A DNA stretch of 63,070 nucleotides, the filler included, from Chthonomonadaceae bacterium (GTDB lineage Bacteria > Armatimonadota > Chthonomonadetes > Chthonomonadales > Chthonomonadaceae), in assembly GCA_035650735.1 (NCBI GenBank). It is 3 parts of 3 records of this genome, joined end to end, with 100 filler letters (N's around TTAATTAATTAA, not from the genome) between each part and the next. Parts side by side here need not be neighbours in the genome. Positions count along the whole stretch, not along the records: positions 60,322 to 63,070 come from DASRGZ010000140.1; 2 more parts are not named here. One strand, given 5' to 3'. A program made the translations under genes and the position numbers. Under the pieces are notes generated by a model, which saw nothing but the letters and a program-made list of their open reading frames with translations, had not been told where the DNA came from and did not search any database. Within the stretch, counting starts at the first letter, position 1. Each line of letters opens with the position of its first letter. This document shows positions 62,377 to 63,070 of the stretch, piece after piece.

Positions 62377-62414
62377 GGGCAGGGCCGACAAGAGCCGGCC
62401 CTGCCTTTCTTTTT
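62377..62414 (+). terminator. Rho-independent terminator
   Basis: GGCAGGGCCG/CGGCCCTGCC stem followed by TTTCTTTTT. Confidence 0.8.
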
Positions 62415-62520
62415 GCCAGGCTCCACCGGCTCTCCTACCTAGAGGAGGCTCCGCACCAGACGGAGGCGGTCGCAGTGGAAGCTGGCGACGGCGCGAGAGT
62501 GCGCCATTGAGGAGGTAGAC

Positions 62521-63070
62521 ATGTCCCACACAGGAAAGCATCACTGGCCGGAATATCTGATGGAGGCAGCCGGGCTTGGCCTGTTTATGCTGTCGGCCTG
62601 CTTCTTTACGGCGCTGCTGGAACATCCGGCTTCGCCCATTCGGCAGGCGATCCCGGCCCCAGTCCTGCGGCGCATCCTCATCGGCCTGGCGATGGGCACA
62701 ACCGCCGTTTGTTTGATCTACTCGCCCTGGGGCCAGCAGTCCGGGGCGCATTATAATCCCTCGGTCACGCTGACCTTCCTGAGATTGGGCAAGGTTGCGC
62801 CCCAGGATGCGCTCTGCTATGTGGTCGCTCAGTTCCTTGGGGGCGTGGCCGGAGTGCTGCTGGCAGCCTATTTAGCCGACAGCATCATCGCGCACCCTGC
62901 CGTTCACTATGCCGTCACCGCTCCCGGTCCAAACGGCGTCGGAATCGCGTTCCTGGCGGAGTTGGCCATCACCTTTGTGCTCATGTCGGTCATCCTGCGC
63001 GTCTCCAATACGCCCGCTCTGGCCCACTACACCGGGCTTTGTGCGGGCGCTCTGGTAGCAACCTACATCA
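62521..63070 (+). CDS. Aquaporin/MIP family channel (3' end runs off the window)
   Basis: Absent from the ORF track. GAGGAGG RBS; MSHTGKHHWPEYLMEAAGLG..SGAHYNPSVT..YVVAQFLGG..FLAELAITF. Confidence 0.9.
   Translation, partial: MSHTGKHHWPEYLMEAAGLGLFMLSACFFTALLEHPASPIRQAIPAPVLRRILIGLAMGTTAVCLIYSPWGQQSGAHYNPSVTLTFLRLGKVAPQDALCYVVAQFLGGVAGVLLAAYLADSIIAHPAVHYAVTAPGPNGVGIAFLAELAITFVLMSVILRVSNTPALAHYTGLCAGALVATYI

Overview
High-GC bacterial genomic window, most consistent with an Armatimonadota (Chthonomonadales-like) draft genome. That lineage is inferred from the giant PD40/CarboxypepD_reg/FlgD-Ig secreted protein and the prepilin/H-X9-DG gene with its small TM partner. Two artificial N44-TTAATTAATTAA-N44 linkers (29452-29551, 60222-60321) split the window into three contigs. 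Contig 1 holds two large secreted proteins, coaE, rpsA, an atypical mutM, an AI-2E transporter, secDF, a D-Ala-D-Ala carboxypeptidase fusion, a decayed two-gene module, radC and a glycan-modification cluster. Contig 2 holds a FecR/DUF6600-like protein, xerC, a large glycosidase-like protein, a DUF433/PIN toxin-antitoxin pair, DUF1080, a Cys-less transglutaminase behind a structured leader, a receiver protein, an ECF sigma factor, an MCP, an MBL hydrolase, an oxidoreductase, coaX, GH43, HTH-TOBE/modA/modB, a prepilin gene, tRNA-His flanked by ankyrin genes, and two divergent Nramp-like transporters. Contig 3 holds a cytochrome b / Mo-oxidoreductase / Met-rich peptide module and an aquaporin. 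The most striking observation is a family of modular palindromic REP/BIME-like repeats found at seven or more loci. One ~560-bp copy reads in frame inside the carboxypeptidase gene and links it to a TM helix and a HEAT-like domain. Also notable are an orphan type I-E CRISPR-like repeat that appears to supply the mutM ribosome-binding site, and several candidate structured RNAs. No cas genes, transposases or true CRISPR arrays were seen. All family assignments come from motif recognition by eye, not database searches.
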